A stretch of DNA of 52,195 nt, the filler included, from Trypethelium eluteriae (Eukaryota): NCBI GenBank assembly GCA_051942245.1. It is 3 parts of 3 records of this genome, joined end to end, with 100 filler letters (N's around TTAATTAATTAA, not from the genome) between each part and the next. Parts side by side here need not be neighbours in the genome. Positions count along the whole stretch, not along the records: positions 1 to 17,425 come from JAVECL010000592.1; positions 17,526 to 34,811 come from JAVECL010000594.1; 1 more part is not named here. One strand, given 5' to 3'. Under the pieces are notes generated by a model. That model was not told the origin of the DNA. It saw only the letters and a program-made list of their open reading frames with translations, and made no database searches. Position 1 is the first letter of the stretch; each line of letters starts with the position of its first letter. Below are positions 12,657-23,992 of this stretch, piece by piece. Both the position numbers and the translations under genes were made by a program.

Positions 12657-13586
12657 ATCATGAGACATGACTACCATATACAAAAGACGTTGGGGTCAAT
12701 AGAGTAGAGATGTGTAAGCTTTAAAGCAACTCCATTAATATTCTAATGTCATTGTTCGGTCCAGGATAGGAAACCATATTTTTTTGCCGTGCAACTCGCT
12801 CTGAATGTTGATCTCAAGAGACCCCTGAGCCAATGCGGTCTTATTCGCATCTGGAATAACCTTTTGGGATATCATGGCCAGTAAAGTGGAACGATCCTAC
12901 CAAATAAAGTTAAGGTTCCGAAGGCCACGAGCGCTTCCGAAGGCAAAATGGATCTCGGCCTTGGTCCTGATCATCGAAGAAACGGGAGCCGACATTTTCT
13001 AGTTAGCGTCTCGAGCTTGAGGCGCCCGGCTTACCCTTTTCATCTTCCACGTACGCCGCATGCCAAGATCGCTCTCCGGCTAGATCCTCATCTCTCTGGA
13101 TCGATTTTCTGACACAAAGTCCTGATGGTTGACCGCTGCAGATGCAAGGGCCAGACTCTCACCCAATGGCTTCTCGGCCCCACCGCACGTTCGCACTCTT
13201 TTCACCTTCTGAGGTACATAGAAGCCTGAGCTTGACTGAACCAACAAGCCTCTGGCCGCTTGACTTTGCGCCTCGGTGCCCGCCAACCTGTAGATAAGTC
13301 TAATCTAGGTGTCGCTGACTAGCTGTTTTTAGAGCATCTAAGGTGGGTGGGTGGTAGCGCATCTGTCACGCTGCACAGTGATTTCATTGCCGTTACATTC
13401 CTCATCCTCGCTCACGACTGTGACTCGGTTCGCTTGAAAAAACCATCACATCTGTCGAAGTCGCGACTCCCTGGTGCTTCATGCTTACCTTAATCGTTCG
13501 GCCTGCAGGCTTCCGCAACAGTAACCTCGCCGCTCAAATCTGCTATTGCGATCCATTATAGCGCCACTACTTTGGCTGATCTGTTC

Positions 13587-14942
13587 ATGGCAAGCGACCT
13601 GGAGTCTGCTCTACCTCACATTCCCTACAACTCTCAATCTTCACTATCATTCCAGGATGTTCAGAATAGGCAACCCTCAACCACCTCGACCCTTGTCCCA
13701 ACAATGACCAGGTCACTCAGCGTTACTAAATCTCGCTCGCTTGTCAAAGCAGAGTCGGATACTGGTACCAATATCTCCATGGCAGCAAAGAACATCACTC
13801 CTCCTCCGACGCCACCCCTACGGCGGAGTTCGGAATTACGATCTAATGATGCTGACTTACTGTTGTCACTATCGCTAAACAGAGGCTCACACCGGTCTAC
13901 AGAAATCTCGCCTAGAAGTCCTCCAGTCTCTTCTGTGAAGGTCTTCGATACCAGCTCAAATACCTACAATCTTGAGAATGCCCAAGTTGCAGGAGCTGGT
14001 CTGTGGAGCACTGTCTACCTTACTGAATCTTATCCGAGCGTGGGCAATCCTATCGCCGAGCTGACACCACCAAGCACTCCCCAAAGACTATCGCTCGACT
14101 CCGTGGTAGCAAAGCCCAGAGCCATCGCTGTTAAGGTACCTGCACGCGGCGATGCCCAGAGTGTACTCACAGCCGAGGCCCACATTTTATCTTATATTGC
14201 GGCAGATCCATGGAGCCAAGCACATGTCGTACAGTTCCACGGCCTAGATGAGCGTAACGGGGCAATAATCATGGATGCAATTCCTCAGACTCTGGACACA
14301 TTCATCGAAAAGCTGGAAAAGCCCAACGAAGACGTCCGCAAGGCGCGCATGGCACACCTTTTTCCTTGTGTCGCAAGACGCCTTGTGGAAGGTCTGGCCT
14401 GGCTCCATTTGAAAGGCGTCGTTCACGGAGACATCAAACCATCAAATATCCTAGTCGGCCAACGATCATCCCAATCGTCAACCGATATTGTGGAAATGAT
14501 CGCAGATGATCCAGATGCAAAGAATATTGCTCCCCTTTACTGTGACTTCTCCGCTTCTCTTCGCACTTCTGGAGGAAACGATGCCGTCAACTCATCTTCA
14601 GCTCCGTCCAAAGTGGCAGGCGCCGGCACCTGGGAATATCTCGCGCCCGAACTCGTGACGTTGGGATCGCCTGATCCTACACACGCTTCGGATGTTTACG
14701 CTCTTGGGATCACGCTTCTCACCTTTTTGATGGGCGTCTCTCCGTTCGCGTCCATGCGCGCTAATCGCTTCATGCTACGGCATGCAATCAAGTCTGGGGA
14801 GCCATTGAGATTTGCACATGACGGTGAGCTCAACAAGGTGAGGCGTTTGGAAGGATGGGAGGGCTGGGTGCGATCTGCTCTAGCTAAGAAGCCGGAAGCA
14901 CGGCCGACTGCGAAAGAATGGCTTGCGCAGCTTCCGGAGTAG
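13587..14942 (+). CDS. Ser/Thr protein kinase with atypical motifs
   Basis: AGAGLWSTVYL G-loop, IAVK, HGDIKPSNIL, YCDFS, GTWEYLAPE, SDVYALG and ARPTA. Single exon; first in-frame ATG at 13587. Confidence 0.88.
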   Translation: MASDLESALPHIPYNSQSSLSFQDVQNRQPSTTSTLVPTMTRSLSVTKSRSLVKAESDTGTNISMAAKNITPPPTPPLRRSSELRSNDADLLLSLSLNRGSHRSTEISPRSPPVSSVKVFDTSSNTYNLENAQVAGAGLWSTVYLTESYPSVGNPIAELTPPSTPQRLSLDSVVAKPRAIAVKVPARGDAQSVLTAEAHILSYIAADPWSQAHVVQFHGLDERNGAIIMDAIPQTLDTFIEKLEKPNEDVRKARMAHLFPCVARRLVEGLAWLHLKGVVHGDIKPSNILVGQRSSQSSTDIVEMIADDPDAKNIAPLYCDFSASLRTSGGNDAVNSSSAPSKVAGAGTWEYLAPELVTLGSPDPTHASDVYALGITLLTFLMGVSPFASMRANRFMLRHAIKSGEPLRFAHDGELNKVRRLEGWEGWVRSALAKKPEARPTAKEWLAQLPE

Positions 14943-15693
14943 CTGTGGAGGTATCCGGGATTCTTCTTCTGTATCATTATATTTTTCCACGGCATGTTTG
15001 GGGGTTTCTTCTTCTGTTAAGACGGTCAAGACTTTCAGCGTTGGCGCTTTGCAAGGGCATTTTTCCTAGGTAGTAGGTACCTTGGGTGATGGTAACGAAT
15101 CTTCTTGGTTTCAAGACAGTTTCAGGTCAGTGGAGGACTTCAAACTTGTGAGAGGGTTTCACGTCTTTATCTCTCCCTGCCTTGAACGCTGCACTATCAT
15201 GGTCGCGTTTCGCATTCCTTTCATGTATCTCTAGTCCATGTAACTGTTCCCCACTCGATAGACGTCGACAACGCAATTTTAGAATTTCGTAATCTATTTT
15301 GGAAGGTGGCTCGGTGCAAGGGATAAACACGCTCAGTTCCCTAAAATGCAGGTTGAGCCTGAAGGGTTGCTTAGCCGGTGCTTGCGTGGTTGCCCAGCAA
15401 AGCGACAGGGTTGGCTCGGCAAACAAGACGTCAAGCTCCCATGACCTCATGCCAGGTACTGCTGGTACCCTTTAACCCGAGCAAGCAACTCGTTCAATAT
15501 TGTCACAACACTCTTTTCATATGACAATCTCCGCAAGCCTCATCTGTCCTTATCGTTCATAGTGCGAGTCTCTTCATCCTCTTGCTTGCCATTCTCCTAA
15601 TTCTCGGAATTCTCTCATGAACGTCGAGTATTTTTCGCATTGCTTAGATTACCCCACCTTTGCATAGCCGCGGCATTTTCCCCTTCTCCCATC

Positions 15694-17210
15694 ATGTCGC
15701 TTCAACGAGGTACAACTGCTGCGAGGATCACTAGCAGACGAAGCATCTGCTCCCCGGCCATTCCCGTCTGCTCTCGAGCCTTTACCCAATCACCCTTCAA
15801 ACCTCAATTCGGCTCCCTGTCCTTACTTCCACATTCATCGACTCGACTAGGCGCATCCCGGGCCATGGCGACGTCTTCCGGGATCAAGAAGATCAAGGTG
15901 CAGAATCCGGTGGTGGAGCTAGACGGCGATGAGATGACACGTATAATATGGAAGGATATTAAGGAGAAGTTCATTTTCCCTTACCTCGACATCGACCTCA
16001 AGTATTACGACCTCGGCCTCGAATACCGCGACCAGACATCAGACAAAGTCACCCATGATGCCGCGGAGGCAATCAAGAAGTATTCGGTTGGCGTCAAATG
16101 TGCCACCATCACCCCTGACGAGGCACGCGTGAAGGAGTTCAATTTGAAGCGGATGTGGCTGAGTCCGAATGGGACGATACGGAACATCTTGGGAGGGACG
16201 GTGTTTAGGGAGCCAATCGTGATACCAAGGATCCCAAGGCTGGTGCCGGGATGGAAGAAGCCCATAATCATTGGTCGTCATGCTTTTGGTGACCAGTACC
16301 GAGCTCAGGATCTGGTGGTCCCGGGCAAGGGCACCCTCGAAATGGTGTACACACCCGAGGGAGGGCAACCACAGCGAATTAAGGTATTTGACTTTCAAGA
16401 TGGAGGTGTGGCTCAGACACAGTACAACACGGATGAGAGCATCAGCGGGTTCGCACATGCGAGCTTCAAGGTGGCATTAGGGAAGAAGGTGCCAATGTAC
16501 ATGAGTACGAAGAATACAATTTTGAAGAAATATGATGGGAGGTTCAAGGACATTTTCCAGGACATCTATGAGAAAGACTACAGAAAGGACTTCGAAGCTG
16601 CTAAAATCTGGTACGAGCACCGCCTGATTGACGACATGGTCGCCCAGATGATTAAGTCTGAGGGCGGCATGTTGATCGCCATGAAGAGTAAGTCCACCTC
16701 GAACTCCATACCATGTTTTCCTCTCCCTTTTCTCCTCAAGCCCGACATGTCATTCTCGTGCTGACGTGTTGCTCTCTCCCTCTTTTAGACTACGATGGCG
16801 ACGTCCAATCCGACATCGTCGCTCAAGGATTCGGTTCTCTTGGCCTCATGAGCTCCGTCCTCACAACCCCGGACGGCCTGACCTTCGAGTCTGAAGCCGC
16901 CCACGGCACCGTAACGCGCCACTATCGTGAGCACCAGAAGGGGCGTCCTACCTCGACGAACCCGATCGCCTCCATCTTCGCGTGGACCAGGGGGTTGGCA
17001 AAGCGCGGCGAACTCGACGGCAACTACGAACTCCAAGCGTTCGCACAGAGTCTGGAGGAGGCCTGTGTATGGGTGGTGCAGGAAAGGGGTGTCATGACCA
17101 AGGATCTGGCGATTAGCTGTGGGATGAAAGATTCAGGTTGGGTGTCGACAACGGAGTATTTGGATGCGGTGGAGGCGAGGATGAGAAGTGTGTTGAGGGA
17201 GAAGCTGTAA
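15694..17210 (+). CDS. IDP1: NADP-dependent isocitrate dehydrogenase with mitochondrial presequence
   Basis: [26 protein letters not shown] and SPNGTIRN. Intron 16688-16788 joins K to NYDGDVQSD, followed by [10 protein letters not shown]. Confidence 0.97.
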
Positions 17211-17425
17211 CTTGGATAAGAGATGTTGCATATGGTCTGTAGATAACGAAGACGTAATCCAGCTTTTCTCTCTGCTTCAAAGACAGCGTCAATGACAGCG
17301 TTGAGTTCTATGTAGATAATGTAGATATTTCAAAACACGCTATTCTATGTCTATCAATCCTCCCTCCTCCACCCACCCCCCCTCAGCACCTCCCAAAACT
17401 CAACCTACCAACCAAAACCCCCACC

Positions 17426-17525
17426 NNNNNNNNNNNNNNNNNNNNNNNNNNNNNNNNNNNNNNNNNNNNTTAATTAATTAANNNNNNNNNNNNNNNNNNN
17501 NNNNNNNNNNNNNNNNNNNNNNNNN
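17426..17525. other. Assembly gap placeholder with six-frame-stop linker (N44-TTAATTAATTAA-N44)
   Basis: Exactly 100 nt, with the artificial linker at 17470-17481. Identical in form to the second gap. Confidence 0.97.
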
Positions 17526-19477
17526 CCCGTCCTCCGCCGCCGCCACCGCCGCACCCAACTCCGCGCTCCGCCCCATCTCGTCGCAGAACGGAATCAGCGC
17601 GTCCATGACCGTGCGATCGCCGACGCGCGCGCCGGTATACTGCTTCAGGTTGTCGAGCGCGGGGCCGAGGGCGCGACCTACGGCGGCGGCGTCGGGGGTG
17701 GTGGATGAGGAGGAGGAGGATGGGGAGGCGAGGTTGCGTCGGAGGGTGTTGGCGAAGGCGGCGAGGAGGATGGCGAGGATGGCGCCGAGAGAGCCGCCGA
17801 CGTCTTCGACGGAGGAGGCGATGGAGTCCAGGGAGGCGAAGAGAGTGCTGTTGGGGGTGAAGAGTTGGTTGGAGGGGGGAGCCGAGGGGGAGAGTTTGGC
17901 GAGGAGGGCGTTGCAGAGGCCGGCTACGGCTTCGCCGCAGTCGCCGTCGCCCATTTGGATGTCGTATTTGGTGATGAGGGGTTCGGCGTTGAGGGCGGCG
18001 GTACAGGCGCTGTGGAGGGCGTTATGGAGGATCTGGGGGTTGGACACTGGTAGGTGGTGTGAGTTTCGACTCAGAGAATATTTGTGGGAAGTATTGGAAA
18101 GTTCTCCAATTATGGGGTCGAAAGGTATGTAGGAAAGACTCACGTATGGGTCCCTCGGATTGTGTCTCAGTCTCCTCTCCCTTCGCTACATTGAGCTCTT
18201 GCCTCTTCTCAATATTTCCGTATCCGTTCTTTGGCCACGCTGGTGCTGTAGTTGGAGCGTCGAGTAGTTCAAAGATCTCGGCAGAAGTCATGTTCAGTCC
18301 TCGAGCGATACTTGAGAGATTCCCAAGGGTGACAGAAAAACCAGGTCCATTTAAGGACGTTTCAAACGTTCCGACGTAAATGCGTTTAGGAGCGAGGTTC
18401 CAGTCATTTTCTGGTGCAGGGGGTTAGTCTCTATGAAAGCGAGTCCTGTGTATTGGCACTGACTTAGTTGGGTCTCGACTATATTCGTGAGAGCCTCTAG
18501 CTCAAGATTTGAGAGGCCGCCGAGATTGTTAATCAGCATTGCAACGTCGTCGCTGGGATCGAACTTCACAAAAGCTCGGTCCGTGTCTTTTGGATCCAGC
18601 AGATATAGTAACATCTCCTTGACAATCTCTTCTGGTGGGGGCATTGGAGTTATTGTTCGGAGACCCTTGCACAATATTAGTACGTCCTTTCAAGAGCTCA
18701 AAGACACGGAAGCACTTGGGCCCGCTTACAGGTTCATTGTGAACGCCCATTCCAAGTACACACGCATCTTCTGGAATTGATTGGTGGTGGGCGCGACCAG
18801 GTATATGGCAATGATCTAAACTCGTTCCGATGGTTACAAGATTTGCATTTCCGAGGTCGCCTAGCTGAAGACAACGTTCGAATGACCAATTCTTCTCAGA
18901 GGCGGCGCCGGCAAGCTTGATGACTACCAGAAATACCATCAGCTCTCCAGAAATCCTCGATGTGACACTGATCCATCATTGAAGAATAGAGGTGTCCCAG
19001 CTCACCTAAGATATTTCCTGCGAGGCCACGCCTTCCGACTAATTCCGATTTTTTTCTTCCAAGTGCAGCATCATCTGTGAAAGAAACGACTTTGATATTG
19101 TAGCCCATCGATAAGCCCTTCTCTCGTGCAAGTCCAAAGTGGAGCATATCTCCAGTATAATTCGTGATCCCTAGGATAATTCCATTTTTTGATGGTACAT
19201 TCTTTATGGCTGACATTATCTGCTTAGTCGAAGGACTCGCAAACACGTCTCCGGCAACAGCAGCTGTGAGCATGCCATCGCCAACATATCCAGACCAAGC
19301 AGGCTCGTGACCGCTGCCGCCACCAGAGATGAGCGTAACCTTGGATGAGTCGTGAGTTTTGGAGAAAACTACGCGATTATCTTCATCGTGCTGGAGATTG
19401 GGATTACGAGCTACCAATGAATTCAACGCTTTCTTCACAACACCATCAGTACTTGAGAAGAAATGTTTAGTAGACAT
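17526..19477 (-). CDS. DAK1: Dihydroxyacetone (triose) kinase, Dak1+Dak2 domains; 3' end lost in the gap
   Basis: ISGGGSGHEPA, GDVFASPS, NYTGD.LHFGLA, VGRRGLAG, GMGVHNEP and INNLGG. Dak2 motifs MGDGDCG and GARVGDRTVMDALIPF. Confidence 0.95.
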
Positions 19478-21087
19478 ATCCAAATATCGAGGCTCCGGAC
19501 CAAGCAATCAGGGCCCACGCCAGGATTTGGCCGAGTCTGCGTCAATACGAGATATAAGGAGATAGATGCAAGAGATGCTGCAAAAGTACTGGTTAAATTT
19601 TATGAATGGATATGAAACTCAAAGAGGCCTATACAAAGCTACACACCAAACCATCTCCAAGAAACTGGCATTCAAGAATCGTGGATAGACAGTGAATGGC
19701 GTTTTCCTTACCTTTACCCCGCGTGCCCCACCATCGAGAAAAGTCAAGGATTACCAAATTTGGACATCCGAAGCTCGTGCTGGGGAGCCATTCCTTCCGT
19801 CCTTTGATAAGGCAACGTGAAGGATCTCGCGGTGTCGCTTTCCTGTTCTCATTAGGGCCACTGGATATTAAAGCACTGAGCCTCGCATTTTGTGCTGCAT
19901 GGTCGTTGGAGAGGCTGTCTTCCAATAGAGAAATTACCATAGCGTATCTATCCGCACCTTTGTCAGTTCAGCGGAATTTTCGATAAACGCTCTGCAACTT
20001 AATGCACGTGTCCGAGCGCAAATGCTATCGTGACTTTCGAATATGGCTACACTCGTCTGCCTGCAGGACAAAATGGATTTTAGTTGCCAAAGGGAAGAAT
20101 TGGAAGCGTCGGCCTTTCACTAAGAAAATGATATCTGACTGATGTGAGGTACGCTAAGACAGTTGTGCCCCACCGCCGTTTCTTCATGAATCTCGCACAT
20201 GATTCGTCGATTTAACGACGGAGCAAAAGTGTCGAGCAGAGACAGGAAGCGGCAGTGTATTGATTGTGACTGAAGCGAGGAGGATAGTTTGAGAGAGGGC
20301 ATGAGGAAGATTTTTGGTAGGGGCAGAGCGCAGGGGCATAGTCGCTTAGATTCGCAAACCCCAAAATTACATTGAGTTTTCGCTAGTACGGAGTACGAAC
20401 TTTCCGATCGGAGTACCTGTATGATGGTAGTTCGAAACACATTCGTGCCACCGAGTATCTACTGTATTGTATTAGGCCATGTAAGATGTGAATCGGATAT
20501 TCTTTCAACTAATATAGCCTTGTCCCGAAAAGCCAGATTTGCCATGACGCTAACCGTGCCCCTAGCGGGATTCGCCTATGGTGGGTTTCGTCTGCAACGA
20601 AAGCATGCGCTGAAGTAAGTCCTTCAGAGTTTTAGCGAAAGGTTACGACTAGCTCCCTTTTCACTACTCCGTACCTGTTAGAGAATTAGATACCAAACCC
20701 TATTTCACACTTAAAGTCGAAGCAGGTCCAAACTTGCCGAGGAATGATCGCTCTGTGCAGGACTGGAAGTGTCTCAACCTGCCTTTAACACGACTAAGCA
20801 TTTACTTTACTCAGACAGCAGCCGCTTTTCTAATAGAATATAACTAACGATTAAGCCTACCTTTGAGATTTGATGAGACGCTGTCAGCGAGGGACGGGAT
20901 TGTAGTTGAACAGTTCTTTGGTTAAAGTCATCAGAGCCGCCGAACGCCTTTAGCAACAGCGCAATCACGCCTATGAGCGTTCAGCTTGTCATCTCATCTG
21001 GCTAAAGTCAGTCTGGTCTCTACCCTCAATTGGTCCGTACAACTCTAGAGAACACTGAACGCCTCCCTCCCTTCCCAACAGTCTCAA

Positions 21088-23457
21088 ATGGGGTTCTCTG
21101 AATATGCGTTCAATCTATCAAAAGACTACCAAGAGATCCGAGATTCTTATCTTGAATCATATGACGAAAATGCAAGGTTCTCCGATGAGCCTTGGTACAA
21201 GGCCGCTGCCGAAGACCTCAACAACGTAGCGAATGATTTGTGCCAGATCTGCCGGCAAATTGACTTCAAATACTTGCTTCGCAATACAGTCACTATCAAT
21301 CACGGCCCTATCTGGCTCGTGGTAGATATGCTTGCAAATCGTAGCTGTCCCTTCTGTAACCTGGTTTTAAAAGCAATTACTGAAATAGAAGGACGACCAC
21401 CAGCAGACAATACCGATGGAAAGCCGATAATGGTTCAGCTACTGAGCGATCACAAAGTATACGGAAAGTCAGAAATCTGCCTTCTGGCTTTGCAGAGAAG
21501 GGTAGTATTCGAACGAGCTCCCATTGGAGATCCCGTTTTGGTTCATCATCTTACCTCTGCCGTTGACGCCGAGACGCTAGAGGGTCGGATGGTTATGGAT
21601 AAGTGCATTGACATACCGTACCTGAAACAATGCCTCAAACTCTGCGAGGAAAGCCACCCCAGGTCCTTGGACGTGACAAACGACGGAAATCTTCCAGTCC
21701 TGCGACTAATCGATGTGGAGCAAGAATGCATTGTCAAAACTTCCTTTCAATCCAGGTACGTTGCTTTAAGCTACGTTTGGGGAGGATTGGAGCAGCTCAT
21801 GAACACCAAATCAACCGAAGACTCGCTTTCAAAACCGTTCAGTTTGCGAGCAGAATGCCATAACAGTCTTCTTCGAAACACCATCAAAGATGCAATACTC
21901 CTAGTGCGTCTACTTGGAGAGCGATATCTTTGGGTCGACGCCCTTTGCATCGTTCAAGATGCTGACGATAAGCTTCTCCAGCTGGCAGCCATGGATAAGA
22001 TATACGGCGATGCCGTCCTGACCATTGCTGCGACTTCTGGGAGTTCTGCTGACAGTGGTCTACCGGGAGTGGATCCGAGCATAAGGCCACGCAGAGTGAA
22101 GCAGCTGAGGTGCGATGTACAGGGAGTGACCCTTGCGTTGTTCCTACCAGATGTCTCGGTCACTGCTGATGCTAGTGTATGGAACGAAAGAGCGTGGACC
22201 TATCAAGAACGAGTCCTTTCGCAAAGGCTGATGCTAGTTTCTGAACAGCAAGTATTCTTCCGATGTAGGCATGGGATGGACTGGCGAGAAGATCTCATAG
22301 TAGGTGATAGGAGCCAGGAAATGATATCAAATGTGCAGGAATCCGGTACTCTCCGGGGGACCGATCATCTGGCCAACTTCCAAGCCTACTCCACGGTCGT
22401 CCAGAACTTCAGCGCACGCCATATTACCTTCGAAGGGGACTTTTTGAATGCATTCGCTGGCATCATGTCATATTTTGAACCACGCTTTCGATCGGATTTC
22501 TTGTTCGGTTTACCCGCCTCCGAGCTTGATCTTGCTCTCCTTTGGCAGCCTGTTGGAAACTCCCTCCAACGTAAGAAGGCGGATGGCTCTCCTTTATTCC
22601 CAAGCTGGGCCTGGATTGGATGGTCAACAGGTGTTCAATATTGGGGAGACAGCGATGTGATACCATGTCTGGAGTACAAAGACCTTATTTCCGGGAACTG
22701 GATGACCTTAGCAGAATACCGCTCACCTAGGTTCGTCTGTGCTCAAGAGTATGCTTCCTTGTGGAATCATAGCGAGAGACTCGGCTGGAACAGGTGCTCT
22801 CAGTCATCTCGAGCTGATTTCTATTTCGTCCATCCTACAGCGCCAAAACAAGAAAGACGCATGTGCCGTTTGCTCCAAGATGATTCGTACTGTCTCAATA
22901 TTCGGGGGCTTTTCGCAGTTGCACATCTTACCGATCAGCATGCATCGAACGGTACCAACCTCGTGCGCGGCTGTACTGAGTTTGAACATCATATTTGTAG
23001 TCTGAACGTCTATGATGACGACGGTGTGATAATAGGTACAATTCACCTTCCTTACCATGAAATAGACGCTTTACGGAGTGATGTTGGCCTCTTGAGGCTA
23101 TCAAGAACAAAGCTCCTCGCAGACCCGACGCCACTCCATGCTGTTCATGATGAAGAACTGATTCCATTAGAAAGGCATACGACCTTTGCAGGCCAGACTT
23201 CGAAGAGCGAAGGAGAACAGAACTTCTTCGGAAGTGATAGCGACACGTCCACCAATGAAGAGATCCTTGATTTGATAATAGATAGCGTTCAGTTTGATAC
23301 AGAGGAATTCGACCAGAGTAAGCCTTGGTGCATCTACCACGTCATGCTAGTGGCCCGCCAGGAGTCTGGTGCTTATAGAAGGGTCGGACTTGGCAAAATC
23401 CACACAGACGGCTTCGCAAGGCTACCTACAGAATTGAAAGAAATTATGCTGGAGTAG
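21088..23457 (+). CDS. HET (heterokaryon incompatibility) domain protein, 789 aa, intronless
   Basis: LRLIDV..C, YVALSYVWG, TIKDAI..LGERYLWVDALCIVQD, MDKIY..A.LTIAA, WNERAWTYQE, FPSWAWIGW and YRRVGLG, all typical of PF06985 proteins. Confidence 0.93.
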   Translation: MGFSEYAFNLSKDYQEIRDSYLESYDENARFSDEPWYKAAAEDLNNVANDLCQICRQIDFKYLLRNTVTINHGPIWLVVDMLANRSCPFCNLVLKAITEIEGRPPADNTDGKPIMVQLLSDHKVYGKSEICLLALQRRVVFERAPIGDPVLVHHLTSAVDAETLEGRMVMDKCIDIPYLKQCLKLCEESHPRSLDVTNDGNLPVLRLIDVEQECIVKTSFQSRYVALSYVWGGLEQLMNTKSTEDSLSKPFSLRAECHNSLLRNTIKDAILLVRLLGERYLWVDALCIVQDADDKLLQLAAMDKIYGDAVLTIAATSGSSADSGLPGVDPSIRPRRVKQLRCDVQGVTLALFLPDVSVTADASVWNERAWTYQERVLSQRLMLVSEQQVFFRCRHGMDWREDLIVGDRSQEMISNVQESGTLRGTDHLANFQAYSTVVQNFSARHITFEGDFLNAFAGIMSYFEPRFRSDFLFGLPASELDLALLWQPVGNSLQRKKADGSPLFPSWAWIGWSTGVQYWGDSDVIPCLEYKDLISGNWMTLAEYRSPRFVCAQEYASLWNHSERLGWNRCSQSSRADFYFVHPTAPKQERRMCRLLQDDSYCLNIRGLFAVAHLTDQHASNGTNLVRGCTEFEHHICSLNVYDDDGVIIGTIHLPYHEIDALRSDVGLLRLSRTKLLADPTPLHAVHDEELIPLERHTTFAGQTSKSEGEQNFFGSDSDTSTNEEILDLIIDSVQFDTEEFDQSKPWCIYHVMLVARQESGAYRRVGLGKIHTDGFARLPTELKEIMLE

Positions 23458-23992
23458 TTGTAGAGATGGCTGTACTGTAAAGATGGCATTTGATTGCGTT
23501 TAGCCGGATTTCCGATCGTAATATCGGTAACGAGTTCTAGAAAGAGTCTAAATATACGTGAGTTGTAACGAGATCCGTGGATTACTGTAACTTCACACCT
23601 AATTGCTGTCAGAGTCGGCAACGAGCCATCTTATGCAAGGTTGACAAGATGATACCAAGTTGAAGATTGCCCGAGGAAGGTATAGACGACATGATTTATT
23701 GCTTGGTGCCGACGGAAGTCTCTAGGTTGGGCAAACAGTCAATGAATAGAACAGAATGAGCACTTGCTTAACTCTTTTGCAGAGCTTTGTCTTGATAGCA
23801 AAGACCGGTCAGCCAAAGGACGCTCCTTCTCACACGAGAAGCCCAGGGATGCCGCAAGATTGTTGAGGACACGCTCTTCGCCTCGTCATCCAGAATCATA
23901 GAGTGAGGGTTCCCAAATAGGAAAAAGGTAAACGCACTCCTCACAAGAGCAGTGGGACCAACTCTTCACACTGCTTCGTTGCATCGTAATCT

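Noticed and set aside
17341..17425. Gap-flanking sequence as the DAK C-terminus
   Set aside because: No minus frame gives the expected Dak2 ending (GRA.Y..PDPGA). It is low-complexity and could be a UTR or the end of another hidden gene; undecidable.
17470..17481. Palindromic TTAATTAATTAA inside N runs (also 34856-34867), superficially like a TTAA transposon target site
   Set aside because: Identical, centred in 100-nt N blocks and encoding stops in all six frames: an artificial scaffolding linker.
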